DNA of 54,311 bases. Origin: an uncultured delta proteobacterium (lineage in GTDB: Bacteria; Myxococcota; Myxococcia; Myxococcales; Anaeromyxobacteraceae). The DNA is taken from assembly GCA_963845515.1 (NCBI GenBank), contig CAWJSR010000024.1, forward strand, positions 1 through 54,311. The letters run 5' to 3'. Shown one piece after another: positions 29,388 to 39,775 of the stretch; the stretch's first letter is position 1, and each line of letters starts with the position of its first letter. The notes below the pieces were generated by a model. The model was given only the letters and a program-made list of their open reading frames with translations. It was not told the origin of the DNA and ran no database searches. Position numbers and translations under genes: made by a program.

Positions 29388-30909
29388 AGGAGAGCCCTGC
29401 ACCGGCGAAGATGTCGTTGCCCCAGGCGAAGCTCGGACCGCCCGGGTAGCGACCGGTGTTCCAGGCGTTCAGGAAGTCGTCCGCGCCGGCCGTCACGTAG
29501 AAGTACTTGGCGAACCGGTAGTTGGCCCACACCTTGGCGCGCGGCAGCGCAGCCACCTGCGGGCGCGTGAACTGGTAGGCCGAGACCGAGAGCGTCAGGC
29601 TGTCGTCGAGGAAGTGCGAGTCCATCCCGACGCCGCCGGAGTTTTCGATGATGCCGACCCGGAAGGCCATGGGACCGTACCGCTTGGCGACCTGCATCGA
29701 GAAGGTGAGCTTGTCCTCGTGCGTGGTCGTGGTGGTCGAGGCGCCGCCGGTGGTCCCCGACACGGTCTCGGTCTTCACGGTGTCGACGCCGCGCGGGTCG
29801 GAGACGATGTCCACGACGTAGTACTTGTCCGGTCGCGGGAGCAGCCGGACCCCGAAGTAGGTCTTGGCGGCGCTCTGGTTGAAGAGCCACTCCGCGCGCA
29901 TGTTCATCTCGATCTGCAGCTTCAGCATCTTGTCCAGGTAGTCGGCCGCGCCGGAGACGGCGTCGCCTACCTGTCGCCCGAGCTTCTCGTCGACGAGCAG
30001 CTTGCCGACCGCGCTCTTCCCCTCCGTCACCTTGCTGACGAGGTCGTTCAGCTTCGCGATCGACTCGTTGATCCGGTCGACCGACTGGCGGATGCCGCGC
30101 GCCTCGGCCCGGGTCCCCTCGCCGGGCTTCCCGGGCTCTCCTGGCGCGCCAGGCTCGCCCTCCAGGATCGCCTCCACGCTGGAGGCGACCCGCTTGAGCT
30201 GGGCGGTGAGCTCCTCGACGTTCGCGGCGATGGTCTTGATCCGCTCCTTCTCGGAGTGGCTGACGTCGCGCAGGTCGGCGGTGAAGGCCTCCGCGTTCCT
30301 CAGGATCGAGCTGAGGCTCGCGGAGTTCTCCGAGACCAGCCCCTCCATCTGCCGCGTGAGCCCAGCGAGGTTCTCGATCACCTGGCGGATCGAGCCCTTC
30401 TCGCCGCCGACCGTCTCGGCCAGGTCGCCGGTGAGCTTCGAGACGTCGGTCGTGATCTTGGCCATCGAGTCGAGGAGCTGCTGGATGCTGGCCGACTCGC
30501 GGACGCAGGTGATCTCGCGCTCCTTCTCCGGCGAGTCGCGGAGGGACTTGCGGTCCGGCGAGCCCGGGATGAGCTGCAGGAGCGCGTCCGGCAGGAGCGC
30601 CGAGGGGTAGGTCTTGGTGAGGCACGCGTCCGAGCGGATCTCGACCTCGTTCTTGATCCGCAGGTCGAGCCGCGCGCGCGTCCCCTCGAGCACGATCGCC
30701 GAGACCTCGCCCACCTGGATGCCGGCGATCTGGACCTTGCTCTTCCACGCGAGGCCGGTCGCGTCGCTGAAGTAGGCGTAGACGACGTAGCTGTCGGCGT
30801 CGGTGAAGCCCCCCTTCTTGAAGAAGGTCAGGGCGAGGATGAACACGGCCAGCGTGACCGCGACCAGGAGGCCGACCGTCGTAGCCCTGTTGACCACGAG
30901 CTTCTTCAC
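29326..30909 (-). CDS. mlaD: MlaD/MCE-family protein with coiled-coil and C-terminal beta domain
   Basis: AYFSDATGLAWKSKVQIAGIQVGEVSAI MCE signature. Confidence 0.88.
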   Translation of the reverse strand: MKKLVVNRATTVGLLVAVTLAVFILALTFFKKGGFTDADSYVVYAYFSDATGLAWKSKVQIAGIQVGEVSAIVLEGTRARLDLRIKNEVEIRSDACLTKTYPSALLPDALLQLIPGSPDRKSLRDSPEKEREITCVRESASIQQLLDSMAKITTDVSKLTGDLAETVGGEKGSIRQVIENLAGLTRQMEGLVSENSASLSSILRNAEAFTADLRDVSHSEKERIKTIAANVEELTAQLKRVASSVEAILEGEPGAPGEPGKPGEGTRAEARGIRQSVDRINESIAKLNDLVSKVTEGKSAVGKLLVDEKLGRQVGDAVSGAADYLDKMLKLQIEMNMRAEWLFNQSAAKTYFGVRLLPRPDKYYVVDIVSDPRGVDTVKTETVSGTTGGASTTTTTHEDKLTFSMQVAKRYGPMAFRVGIIENSGGVGMDSHFLDDSLTLSVSAYQFTRPQVAALPRAKVWANYRFAKYFYVTAGADDFLNAWNTGRYPGGPSFAWGNDIFAGAGLSFTDDDLKVLMGSGVGRRDPA

Positions 30910-30925
30910 TCCCAGGCCTCCTGCC

Positions 30926-31672
30926 TCACTGCTTCTCGAACCAGGTCGAGAGGAACTTCTTCACGAAGGGGTGCTCGCTGGCGCGGAGCTCCGAAGGGGT
31001 ACCCTCCGCGACGAGGTGGCCATCGTAGAGCACGGCGATGCGATCGGCCACGTTGAAGGCGCTCGCGATGTCGTGGCTGATGACCATCGAGGTGATCCCG
31101 AGCTTCTCCTTCGCCCCCTTGATCATCTGGTCGACGTAGTCGGTGGTGATCGGATCGAGCCCCGTCGTGGGCTCGTCGTAGAGGACGACCTGGGGGTCGG
31201 TGACGAGGGCGCGGGCCAGCCCGACGCGCTTCCGCATGCCGCCGGAGAGCTCCGCCGGCCAGCGCTCCAGCACCTCCTCGCCCAGGTCGACCACCTTCAG
31301 CTTCGCGATGACGCGCGCGCGAACCTCGTCGGCCGGGAGGCGATCCTTGTGGCTCTTCTCGGTGAGCGGGAAGGCGACGTTGTCGAAGACCGTCATCGAG
31401 TCGAACAGCGCCGCGCCCTGGAAGACCATCCCGAAGACGCGGCGAGCCTCGTTGAGCGGCTTGCCCTCCAGCTCGGAGATGTTGGCGCCGTCGACGGAGA
31501 CGTGGCCGCGATCGGGCTTCAGGAGGCCGATCACGTGCTTCATGAGGACGGTCTTGCCGGAGCCGGAGCCGCCGAGCACGACGTAGGTCTGGCCGCGGGG
31601 GATGGTCAGGTTGATCCCCTTGAGGACCTCGTTCTCCCCGAACGACTTGTAGAGGTCGACCACCTCGATCAT
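30926..31672 (-). CDS. mlaF: MlaF-like ABC ATPase
   Basis: GGSGSGKT, GMVFQGAALFDSMTVFDNVAFPL, LSGGMRKRVGLARAL, LYDEPTTGLDP. Confidence 0.92.
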   Translation of the reverse strand: MIEVVDLYKSFGENEVLKGINLTIPRGQTYVVLGGSGSGKTVLMKHVIGLLKPDRGHVSVDGANISELEGKPLNEARRVFGMVFQGAALFDSMTVFDNVAFPLTEKSHKDRLPADEVRARVIAKLKVVDLGEEVLERWPAELSGGMRKRVGLARALVTDPQVVLYDEPTTGLDPITTDYVDQMIKGAKEKLGITSMVISHDIASAFNVADRIAVLYDGHLVAEGTPSELRASEHPFVKKFLSTWFEKQ

Positions 31673-31676
31673 CGGC

Positions 31677-32429
31677 TCAGATCCCCACCGAGATGAAGGT
31701 GATCACGTAGTCGGCGACGAGGACCGAGATGGAGCTCGCCACCACCGCCCGCGTCGTCCCCTCGCCGACCCCCCTGGCGCCGCCAGTGGCCGCGAACCCG
31801 CGCCAGGTGGTGATGATCGAGACGATCGCGCCGAAGATGAGCGCCTTGTAGAGGCCGTGGAGGATGTCTCCCGGGTCCAGGAAGTCCCGCGTGTGCTCCA
31901 GGAACGGCCCGACCGGGATGCGCGCGACGTAGACGCCCATGAGGTAGCCGCCGCCGTAGCCGATGACGTTGAAGACCATCGTCAGCACCGGGAACATCAG
32001 GATCGACGCGATGACCCGCGGGACGACGAGGTACTGGATCGGGCTCACCGCCATCGACTCCATCGCGTCGATCTGCTCGGTCACCCGCATCGTGCCCAGC
32101 TCGGTCGAGATCGCGCTCCCGGCGCGCCCCGTGATCATGAGCGCCGTGAAGATCGGGGCCAGCTCGCGGGCCAGCGAGAACGCCACCGAGCCGCCGACGT
32201 ACCCCTCGGCGGCGAACTGCTTCAGCGCGTAGTTCATCTGGAGGCCGAAGACCATCCCGGCCGAGAGCCCGGTCGCGCCGACGATGAAGACCGACCCCAC
32301 CCCGATGAAGGCCATCTGCGCGAGGATCAGCTCGGGGCGGAACGGCGGCCGGAACATCCAGGCCACCGTCTCCACCGTGAAGAAGATCATCCGCCCGAAG
32401 TCCTCCAAGGCGGCGCGAAGGCGTTCCAT
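31677..32429 (-). CDS. mlaE: MlaE-like ABC permease
   Basis: RELAPIFTALMITGRAGSAISTELGTMRVTEQIDAM, GGARGVGEGTTRAVV. Confidence 0.93.
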   Translation of the reverse strand: MERLRAALEDFGRMIFFTVETVAWMFRPPFRPELILAQMAFIGVGSVFIVGATGLSAGMVFGLQMNYALKQFAAEGYVGGSVAFSLARELAPIFTALMITGRAGSAISTELGTMRVTEQIDAMESMAVSPIQYLVVPRVIASILMFPVLTMVFNVIGYGGGYLMGVYVARIPVGPFLEHTRDFLDPGDILHGLYKALIFGAIVSIITTWRGFAATGGARGVGEGTTRAVVASSISVLVADYVITFISVGI

Positions 32430-32491
32430 TCCGGTCGAATATCGCACGCCGGGCTTGCGCGCGCACATTTCCGCGTATAAACCGCGCCCCT

Positions 32492-32905
32492 ATGCCCAAG
32501 GTTGGAGGAGAGGTCGACGCGCTCTGCACCAAGTGCGAGCTCGTGCTCGCGCACACGGTGATCGCCATGGTCGGCGCGGCGCCGGTGAAGGTCGAGTGCA
32601 ACACGTGCCACGGAGTGCACCGCTACAAGAACCCCACGGTCGCGCCCAAGGGGGCCGCGTCGCCGAAGCCGCGCGCCGCCCGGGCGGCCCGCGCCCCGGT
32701 GGTCACCGTCCCCTTCGAGGAGCTGCTCGCGGCGCGCAACGCCTCCGAGGCCACTCCGTACTCCCCGAAGCGGACCTACAAGGTGGACGACGTCCTCGAC
32801 CACGCCATCTTCGGCCGCGGCTTCATCTCCGCTGTACGTGATGGCGGCAAGATCGAGGTAACCTTCCGGTCCGACGTGAAGGTGCTGATTCACGGACGCC
32901 CGTGA
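32492..32905 (+). CDS. Zinc-ribbon plus Tudor-like (PcrA C-terminal-like) protein
   Basis: CTKC...H...CNTC N-terminus; YKVDDVLDHAIFGRGFI...KIEVTF C-terminus. Confidence 0.75.
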   Translation: MPKVGGEVDALCTKCELVLAHTVIAMVGAAPVKVECNTCHGVHRYKNPTVAPKGAASPKPRAARAARAPVVTVPFEELLAARNASEATPYSPKRTYKVDDVLDHAIFGRGFISAVRDGGKIEVTFRSDVKVLIHGRP

Positions 32906-32927
32906 ACGGCCCAACCGGAGAGACCCG

Positions 32928-33684
32928 ATGAGAACGATCCCGGCAGCCGCTCCTGCTCCTGACCGCCATCGCCTGCTCCAAGGGGCAGCCTGACGGCGCG
33001 GCGGGCACCCAGCCCGGTGGGGCGCCAGGCGCCGCCGCGATCCCGAGCGAGCCGGCCTTCGTCGTCTACGTCGACACGCTGCGCAAGACCCCCGACGCCG
33101 CCGACAGGATCGACGGCCCGGACGGCAAGAAGAAGGTCTCCAACTACCTGCCCGCCACGCTGCAGCGCGGCGAGCGGGTGACGATCCTCGAGACGAAGGA
33201 GGACTGGGTCCGCGTCCGCGCCTCCGACGACAAGGAGGGCTGGCTGCGCGCGGCCGCGGTCCTCGACGGCGCCGGCGTCTCCGCCGCGACGCTGCTCATG
33301 CAGGCCGACGTCTTCGACCGGCCCGACCTCCTCGCCGCCAACGCGAAGCGCAAGCTCGAGCCCGGCAGCCTCCTGCTGGTCGTGAAGAACAAGCCTCCCT
33401 TCAGCGAGGTGACCGTCCCGGGAGGCGCGAACGCCTGGGTGCTCACCGAGCGGCTGGCGACTGGCGAGCGCGAGGTGAGCGTCGCGAAGCTCATCGAGAA
33501 GGCCCGCTGGCTCGTGCGGAAGGGGCGCAAGGACGAGGCGGCACAGATCCTCGCCCTCGCGAAGGGCCAGTTCTCGGACGTCGTGCTCGTGCAGCAGCTC
33601 GAGACCGAGCTCAACCCGCCGCCCGCTGCCGATCCCTCCCTCTCCCCCACCGGGGGAGAGGGCAAGGGTGAGGGAGCGCCCTGA
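32928..33684 (+). CDS. SH3b-domain lipoprotein; one frameshift in the signal peptide near 32949
   Basis: MRTIPAA joined to LLLLTAIAC; TLQRGERVTILETKEDWVRVRASDDKEGWL SH3b motif. Confidence 0.75.
33638..33675 (-). repeat. REP-like palindrome copy 2 (inverted); partial third stem at about 33699-33715
   Basis: Minus strand reads CCCTCACC-CTTG-CCCTCTCCCCC-GGT-GGGGGAGAGGG, the same family as 23321-23361. Confidence 0.75.
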
Positions 33685-33735
33685 CGGCCTCCGCCGTTCT
33701 CCCTCACTGAGGGAGAGGGAACCGTCTCCCAGGAA

Positions 33736-34430
33736 TCAGGACCGCAGCAGCGCGAGCGCCGCCTCCAGATCATCGGGGAGCGGCGCTCTCAGCTCCAGCG
33801 GCCGCCCGTCCGACGGGGTGCGCGATCCTGAGTGACTCCGCGTGCAGCGGCGTCCGCTCCAGCCAGACGCTGCCGTCCGGGCGCCGCAGCGGCCCCTCGT
33901 CGCCGTAGGCCGGGTCGACGGCCAGCGGCGTCCCCAGCGACATGAGGTGGACGCGGATCTGGTGAGTCCTGCCGGTCTCGGGGAGCGCCTCGACCCAGGA
34001 GAACGGCCCCCCGAGCCCAGGCGCCGCCCAGACCTCGAGCCGCCGGAACAGCGTCGCCGACGGCTTCGCGCCCGGCCTCGCCGGGGCGCGCGGGCCGCAC
34101 CTTCCCCTTCCGTCCCCTGGCCAGGGCGACGTCGACCCTGACCTCCTCCGGAGCCGCCCCGCGGACGAGCGCCAGGTAGCGCTTCGCCGGCGTCCCCTCG
34201 TCGAAGGCGAGGTTGAGCGTCCGGTGAGCCTCGGCCGTGCGGGCGAAGAGCAGGACGCCGCTGGTGCCCCTGTCGAGCCGGTGCACCACCCAGAGCCGAC
34301 CGTGCGTCCCCTCCAGCTCCTCGCGGAGGGACCGCTCGTCCGCCGTCCGCCCGGGGATGACGATCCGCCCCGGCGGCTTCGCCACCGCGAGCAGCTCACG
34401 GTCCTCGTGCAGGACGACGATCGCGGCCAT
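33736..34430 (-). CDS. RluA-family pseudouridine synthase; two frameshifts (about 34075 and 33817)
   Basis: [53 protein letters not shown] spread over three frames. Confidence 0.9.
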
Positions 34431-34433
34431 CGA

Positions 34434-35755
34434 CTACAGGATCTTCCGCGCGGGGACGACCGCCAGCGGCCCGAAGCGCTCTAGCTGGCCGACCAGCTTG
34501 CTGCGCCGGGCCGACCGCGACGATGAAGGCGCGGTCTAGCGGGAAGTGGCGCCGCCCCACCTCGCGGCAGGCCACCGCCGTCACGTCGCGGATCCTCGGC
34601 CGGAAGGTCGTAATCTCGTCGTGCGTGAGGCCGTGGAGCTCGAGGTCGGCGAGCCGCTCCGCGAGCTGGTCGTGCGTCTCCAGGGAGAGCGGGTGGAGGC
34701 CGCAGAGGTAGTTCTGCGTCCGCTCCACCTCCTCGGCGGTCGGGCCGTCGTCGCAGAAGCGGCGCGTCTCGTCGAGCGCGACCTGCACGAGCTCGCCAGT
34801 CGTCTCGACCTTGGTGAAGCTGGAGATGAAGAACATCCCGCCGACCCGGCTGGAGGCGAAGCGGCTCCGGACCCCGTACGAGAGCCCGCGGTTGACCCGG
34901 ATCGCCTCCATCAGGCGGGAGGTGAAGGCGCCGCCGAGGATCGCGTTGGCCACCAGGCCGGGGTGGTAGTCGGGGTTCGAGCGGGCGAAGCCCGGCGAGG
35001 CGATCCGGACCTGCGCCTGGGTGAGGTCCGGCTTGTCGACCACGAGCACGCTCCGCTCGGGGAAGATCGGCTCGGCGAGCTCCTGCTGCGCAGGGGACTC
35101 GCGGCACCACGCGCCGAAGCGCGCCTCGACGAGCGCCATGACCTCCCGCGCCTTCACCGGCCCGACCACCACCACGATGGCCGCGCTGGTGCCGTAGTTC
35201 TGCCGGTGGAAGGCGACCAGATCTGCGCGCTTGATGGCCGCGATGTCCTTCGCCCTTCCCTCCGGCGGGTGCCCGTAGGGGTGACCGTCGTACGCGGCCG
35301 CGAGGAGCGCCCGGTCCGCGACCACCCCCGGCTCGTCCAGGTCGTGCTGAAGCGACGCCAGCTCGCGCCGGCGGAGGCGCCCAAGCTCCGCCGCCGGGAA
35401 GGACGGCGCGCCGGCGACGTCGGCGAGGACGTCGATGGCGCGCGCGAGGTGCTCCACCGGCGTCGAGAGGCCGAGGTAGCTCGCGTCCTCGTCCACGCCG
35501 ACGCCCAGCTCCGCCCCCATCGACTCCACGAGCTCGTCGATCCGCTCGCCCGTGCGCCGCCGGGTGCCGCGGCGGCCCACCGTCCCGACCATGCTCGCGA
35601 GCCCGTGGCGCCCCACCGGGTCGAGCGACGAGCCCCCCTTGAGGACGAGCCGGACCGCGACGAGCGGGATCCCGGGCCGCTCCGCGACGATGACGCGGAG
35701 ACCGCACCGGCACCTGGTCCCGCACGATCGGCGGGAGGATGATCTCGCCGCTCAC
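34434..35755 (-). CDS. M16 (pitrilysin-family) peptidase, non-catalytic subunit; frameshifts near 35710 and 34500
   Basis: [36 protein letters not shown] (R/Y pair); no HxxEH. Confidence 0.88.
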
Positions 35756-37038
35756 GGCTTCCCCTCCGGCTCGAGCACGACCACCGAGCGGCGCGCGGGG
35801 TCCAGGTACTCGGCGGCCACCCGCTTCACGTCCTTCGGCCCGATGGCCTCGTAGTGCTCGAGCGCCCTCCCCGCCTCGCGCCAGTCGCCGACGAGCGCCT
35901 CCGCCTGCGCCAGCGCGTGCGCGACGCCGTGGTGGGTCGACAGCTCGTGGAGGACGGCGCTCCGGAGCAGCGCCCGGGCCCGGGCGATCTCGCCAGCCGT
36001 GACGCCGCGCCTGGCCACCTTCTCGATCTCCTCGTACAACATCCGCTCCACCTTCCTCGGGTCCTCGCCCGGCGTGAGCTCGAGGAACGCGAAGAAGATC
36101 CCGGGATCGATCCGCCAGCCCCAGCTGATGGTGACCGAGACGGCCGCTTCCTCCTGCCGGACGAGCCGCCGCCGCAGGCGCGAGGACTCGCCGACCGTGA
36201 GGCAGACCTGGAGCACGTCGAGCGCGGAGGCGTCCGGGCTGCGCCCCTCCGGCCCGCGCCAGCCCACCAGCAGCGCCGGGGCCTGCGCAGGGAACCGGAT
36301 CGCCGCCCGCCGCTCTCCCCGCTGCGCGGGCTCACCCACCGGCACCGGCGAGGGGGCCGGACCGGTCGGGATGTCACCGTACTGGCGCTCCAGCAGCGCC
36401 ACCGTCGCGGCGGGGTCGAGGTCGCCCACCGCGTAGATGGCCGCGTTGGAGGGGGCGTAGTAGGTCCGGAAGAAGGCTTCGCAGTCGGCCCGGGTGATCC
36501 GCTCGATGTCGTCCATCCAGCCGATGACCGGCCAGCGGTAGGGGTGCGCGAGGAAGACGAGCGCCTCCAGCTGCTCCTCCATCAGGCCGAAGATGGAGTT
36601 GTCGGTCCGGAGACGGCGCTCCTCCTTCACGACGTCGCGCTCCTGCGCGAGCGCGTCGTCGTCGATCCGGAGCGATCGCATCCGGTCCGACTCCAGGTCC
36701 ACCACCGTCTCGAGCGCCTCGGAGGTGAAGTCCTCGTAGTAGACCGTGAGGTCGTTCGACGTGTAGGCGTTGGAGTAGCCGCCGCGCGACTCGAGGACCC
36801 GGTCGAACTGCTTCGGTCCGTACCGGGCGGCCCCGTTGAACATCATGTGCTCGAAGAGGTGGCTGATCCCGGTGAGGCCGACCTTCTCGTTCCGCGAGCC
36901 GACCTGGAAGACGGTGCAGTAGCTGATGGTCGGCGCAGTCCGCTCCGGCATGAGCCGAACGCGGAGGCCGTTCGAGAGCGTCGCCTCCACGACTCTCTGG
37001 AGGTCGAGCGGGCTCGTCAGTGGCGTGGCGACGGTCAT
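35752..37038 (-). CDS. M16 peptidase, catalytic subunit
   Basis: GSRNE..GLTGISHLFEHMMFNG, NAYTSND, EERRLR, HPYRWPVIGW. Confidence 0.95.
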   Translation of the reverse strand: MTVATPLTSPLDLQRVVEATLSNGLRVRLMPERTAPTISYCTVFQVGSRNEKVGLTGISHLFEHMMFNGAARYGPKQFDRVLESRGGYSNAYTSNDLTVYYEDFTSEALETVVDLESDRMRSLRIDDDALAQERDVVKEERRLRTDNSIFGLMEEQLEALVFLAHPYRWPVIGWMDDIERITRADCEAFFRTYYAPSNAAIYAVGDLDPAATVALLERQYGDIPTGPAPSPVPVGEPAQRGERRAAIRFPAQAPALLVGWRGPEGRSPDASALDVLQVCLTVGESSRLRRRLVRQEEAAVSVTISWGWRIDPGIFFAFLELTPGEDPRKVERMLYEEIEKVARRGVTAGEIARARALLRSAVLHELSTHHGVAHALAQAEALVGDWREAGRALEHYEAIGPKDVKRVAAEYLDPARRSVVVLEPEGKP

Positions 37039-37162
37039 GAGAGCCTATCAATAGCCCCACGCGGGGGATCAAAACCGGAAAAATCGTCGCGCCAGGGTGA
37101 CCATGCAGGCGCAGGTGCGCAGGAGTGCGCGCTTGTGTGACCCGCGAAGAAGAGTAGACGGG

Positions 37163-37387
37163 TCAGCGGTCGAGGGGGCGACCGCAGCTGGCGCAGCGCC
37201 CCTTGCGGCGGCGCAGCGGGAGACCACAGCCCGGGCAGCGCTTCACCTTGCGCCCCGGCTCCAGCGGCGTGGCCCTGCCGTCGCCCGGCGGGGCCTTCCC
37301 CGACTCCAGCCGCCCGACCCGCTCCTCGAGCTGCTCGATCCGTTCGAGGAGGTCGGCGATGCTTCGCCTGGGGGTGGTCGGTGGCAC
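37163..37387 (-). CDS. Small coiled-coil plus zinc-ribbon protein
   Basis: LLERIEQLEERVGRLE and CPGC...CASC. Confidence 0.65.
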   Translation of the reverse strand: MPPTTPRRSIADLLERIEQLEERVGRLESGKAPPGDGRATPLEPGRKVKRCPGCGLPLRRRKGRCASCGRPLDR

Positions 37388-37477
37388 GGGCGAAGCCTGC
37401 CACGCCCCCCCGCGCGCGCAAGTAATCGCCCGGCGCCCGGCTTTCTAGCCCGGCCTGCGCGTGCTATTCCGCGTCTC

Positions 37478-39088
37478 GTGCCCCATCGCGCAGAAGTGGA
37501 GCGCCCGCAGCCGCCGGCGCCCTGGACCGACCCGGACGTCGACCGGATCCTCCGTGACGCAGCCGGCCCGCACAGGGACATCCCGCTGGCGCGTCAGGTC
37601 TTCGTCAACCGGAACCTGCGGCTCGACAAGATCGACCTCGTCGGGTTCGACATGGACTACACGCTGGCCGTCTACCAGCTCCAGCAGATGGAGCGGCTCT
37701 CCCTGGAGATGACGGCGGCGCGGATGGTGGAGAGGTACGGCTACCCCCGTGACTTCCTCTCCATCGAGTACGACCCGCTCTTCGTCATCCGCGGCCTGGT
37801 CGTGGACAAGCCGTACGGCAACATCTTCAAGATGGACCGGCACAACCACGTGGGGCGCTGCTATCGGGGGCGGCGGGCGCTCCGGTTCGACGACGTGAAG
37901 CCGCTCTACCGGGACGAGAAGATCCACCTCTCCTCCCCCCGCTTCCACTGGATCGACACCTTCTTCGCCCTGCCCGAGGCCTGCCTCTTCGCGGAGGCGG
38001 TGGCCCTGTACGACTCGCGCGGCGAGTCCTTCGACCCGACGCGGCTCTTCGAGGACATCCGGCAGGCGATCGACTCGATCCACGCGGACGGCACGCTCAA
38101 GGCGCGCGTGAAGGAGGACATCGCCCGCTTCCTGGTGCGCGACCCCGAGCTGGGGCCGGCGCTCCACAAGCTCCGCTCGGGCGGCAAGAAGCTCTTCCTG
38201 CTCACCAACTCGTTCTGGGACTACACCGACGCGGTGATGCAGTACGTCCTCGACGGCGTCCTCCCCGAGTACCCGAGCTGGCGGAACTACTTCGACGCCG
38301 TCGTCACGGGGGCGGGCAAGCCGGCCTTCTTCACGGAGGAGCGCCCGCTGCTCCTGCTCGGCCCGGACGGCGTCCCCCAGGGCGAGGCCCAGTCGCTGGA
38401 GCGCGGCCGGATCTACCAGGGCGGAAACCTGGCCGAGTTCGAGCGGCTCCTGGGCATCGGCGGCGACCGGGTGCTCTACGTCGGCGACCACATCTACGGC
38501 GACATCCTCAAGTCCAAGCGAAGCTCGCTCTGGCGGACCTGCATGGTGGTCGAGGAGCTGGAGCGGGAGGTCGCCTGGCTGGAGCTGAACCGCGACGGGC
38601 TCGTCGAGATGGACCGGCTGGAGGAGCTGCGCGTGAAGCTGGAGGACGAGCTGGCGGCGCATCGCTCGGCCCTCAACGGCCTGGAGCGGCGGCTGGAGCG
38701 GGACGGGCTCGCCCCGGCGGACCACTCGCTCGCCGAGGGTGAGCGCAGGAAGCTCAAGGTCGAGCTGGAGACGCTGCGGCGCGCGCACCGGGACGCCAAC
38801 GCCCGGCTGCGGGAGCTGGAGCGCGGGATCGAGGAGGGGCTCAATCCGCACTGGGGGCTCACGTTCAAGGAGGGGAACGAGAACTCCCGCTTCGCCGAGC
38901 AGGTGGAGGACTACGCCTGCGTCTACACCAGCCGCGTCTCCAACTTCCTCAGCTACTCGCCGATGGCCTACTTCCGCTCGCCGCGCGCGTCGATGCCGCA
39001 CGAGCGGCTCGTCCCGCGCCTCTCCCCCTGGGGCGAGGAGCACGCCCTCCCCGCCGCCAGCGCCCGCCCGTCCAAGGCGGCCAGGTGA
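37478..39088 (+). CDS. HAD-IG family 5'-nucleotidase (cN-II/NT5C2-like)
   Basis: VFVNRNLRL, GFDMDYTLAVY, LLTNS, KPAFF, VLYVGDHIYGDI, YACVYTSRVSN; start approximate. Confidence 0.93.
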   Translation: MPHRAEVERPQPPAPWTDPDVDRILRDAAGPHRDIPLARQVFVNRNLRLDKIDLVGFDMDYTLAVYQLQQMERLSLEMTAARMVERYGYPRDFLSIEYDPLFVIRGLVVDKPYGNIFKMDRHNHVGRCYRGRRALRFDDVKPLYRDEKIHLSSPRFHWIDTFFALPEACLFAEAVALYDSRGESFDPTRLFEDIRQAIDSIHADGTLKARVKEDIARFLVRDPELGPALHKLRSGGKKLFLLTNSFWDYTDAVMQYVLDGVLPEYPSWRNYFDAVVTGAGKPAFFTEERPLLLLGPDGVPQGEAQSLERGRIYQGGNLAEFERLLGIGGDRVLYVGDHIYGDILKSKRSSLWRTCMVVEELEREVAWLELNRDGLVEMDRLEELRVKLEDELAAHRSALNGLERRLERDGLAPADHSLAEGERRKLKVELETLRRAHRDANARLRELERGIEEGLNPHWGLTFKEGNENSRFAEQVEDYACVYTSRVSNFLSYSPMAYFRSPRASMPHERLVPRLSPWGEEHALPAASARPSKAAR

Positions 39089-39760
39089 ACGCCATGCGCA
39101 CGCCCTACACGCCGACGACCCCGTCGCGTTCCCCTCGCGCAGGCGCTCGACGGAGAGCGCCGCCTCTTCCTCCGGCAGCGGCGCGAGCTGCTCGAGCTCT
39201 TCACCGACTTCGAGCAGGCGAACAAGTACGCCATCACCACCGAGAGCGGGCTCCTCGCCGGCTGGGCGATGGAGAAGCCGGGCGGCTTCGGGCGGTTCAT
39301 CACCCGGAGCTTCCTGAAGGCGATGCGCCCCTTCGAGCTGATGGTCTTCCCCGCGGAGGGGCCGGTCGCCGCAGCGGAGCTCTCGGTCCGGCGCCCGTGG
39401 ACCTGGTTCTTCGCCCACCTCTACGTCTGGGACCGCGAGGGGCGCCCGGTCGGCCAGATCCGGCAGCGGTGGTCCTGGATCCGGAGGCGGCTAGACGTCG
39501 AGCTGCCGGACGGCCGCGTGGTCGCGAGGATCACCGGACCGCTGCTCCACCCGTGGACCTTCATCGCCGAGCGCGGCCCCGAGGGGAGCCCGCGCGAGGT
39601 CGGACGGATCGAGAAGCAGTGGGGCGGCCTCCTGAAGGAGGGCTTCACCGACGCCGACACCTTCCTCGTGACCTTCGGCGAGCAGGACGCCACGTTCAGG
39701 CGGCTGCTGCTCGCCGCGGCGGTGCTGATCGACTTCAGGTGGTTCGAAGGACGGAATTAG
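39085..39760 (+). CDS. Phospholipid scramblase/LURP-one family protein; frameshift near 39130
   Basis: LRQRRELLELFTDFEQANKYAI, IEKQWGGLLKEGFTDADTFLVTF, LLLAAAVLIDFRWFE. Confidence 0.88.
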
Positions 39761-39775
39761 CGTAGACCGGGGGAC

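Noticed and set aside
32597..32611. CNTCH as a heme c site
   Set aside because: No signal peptide, and it pairs with the upstream CTKC as a zinc ribbon
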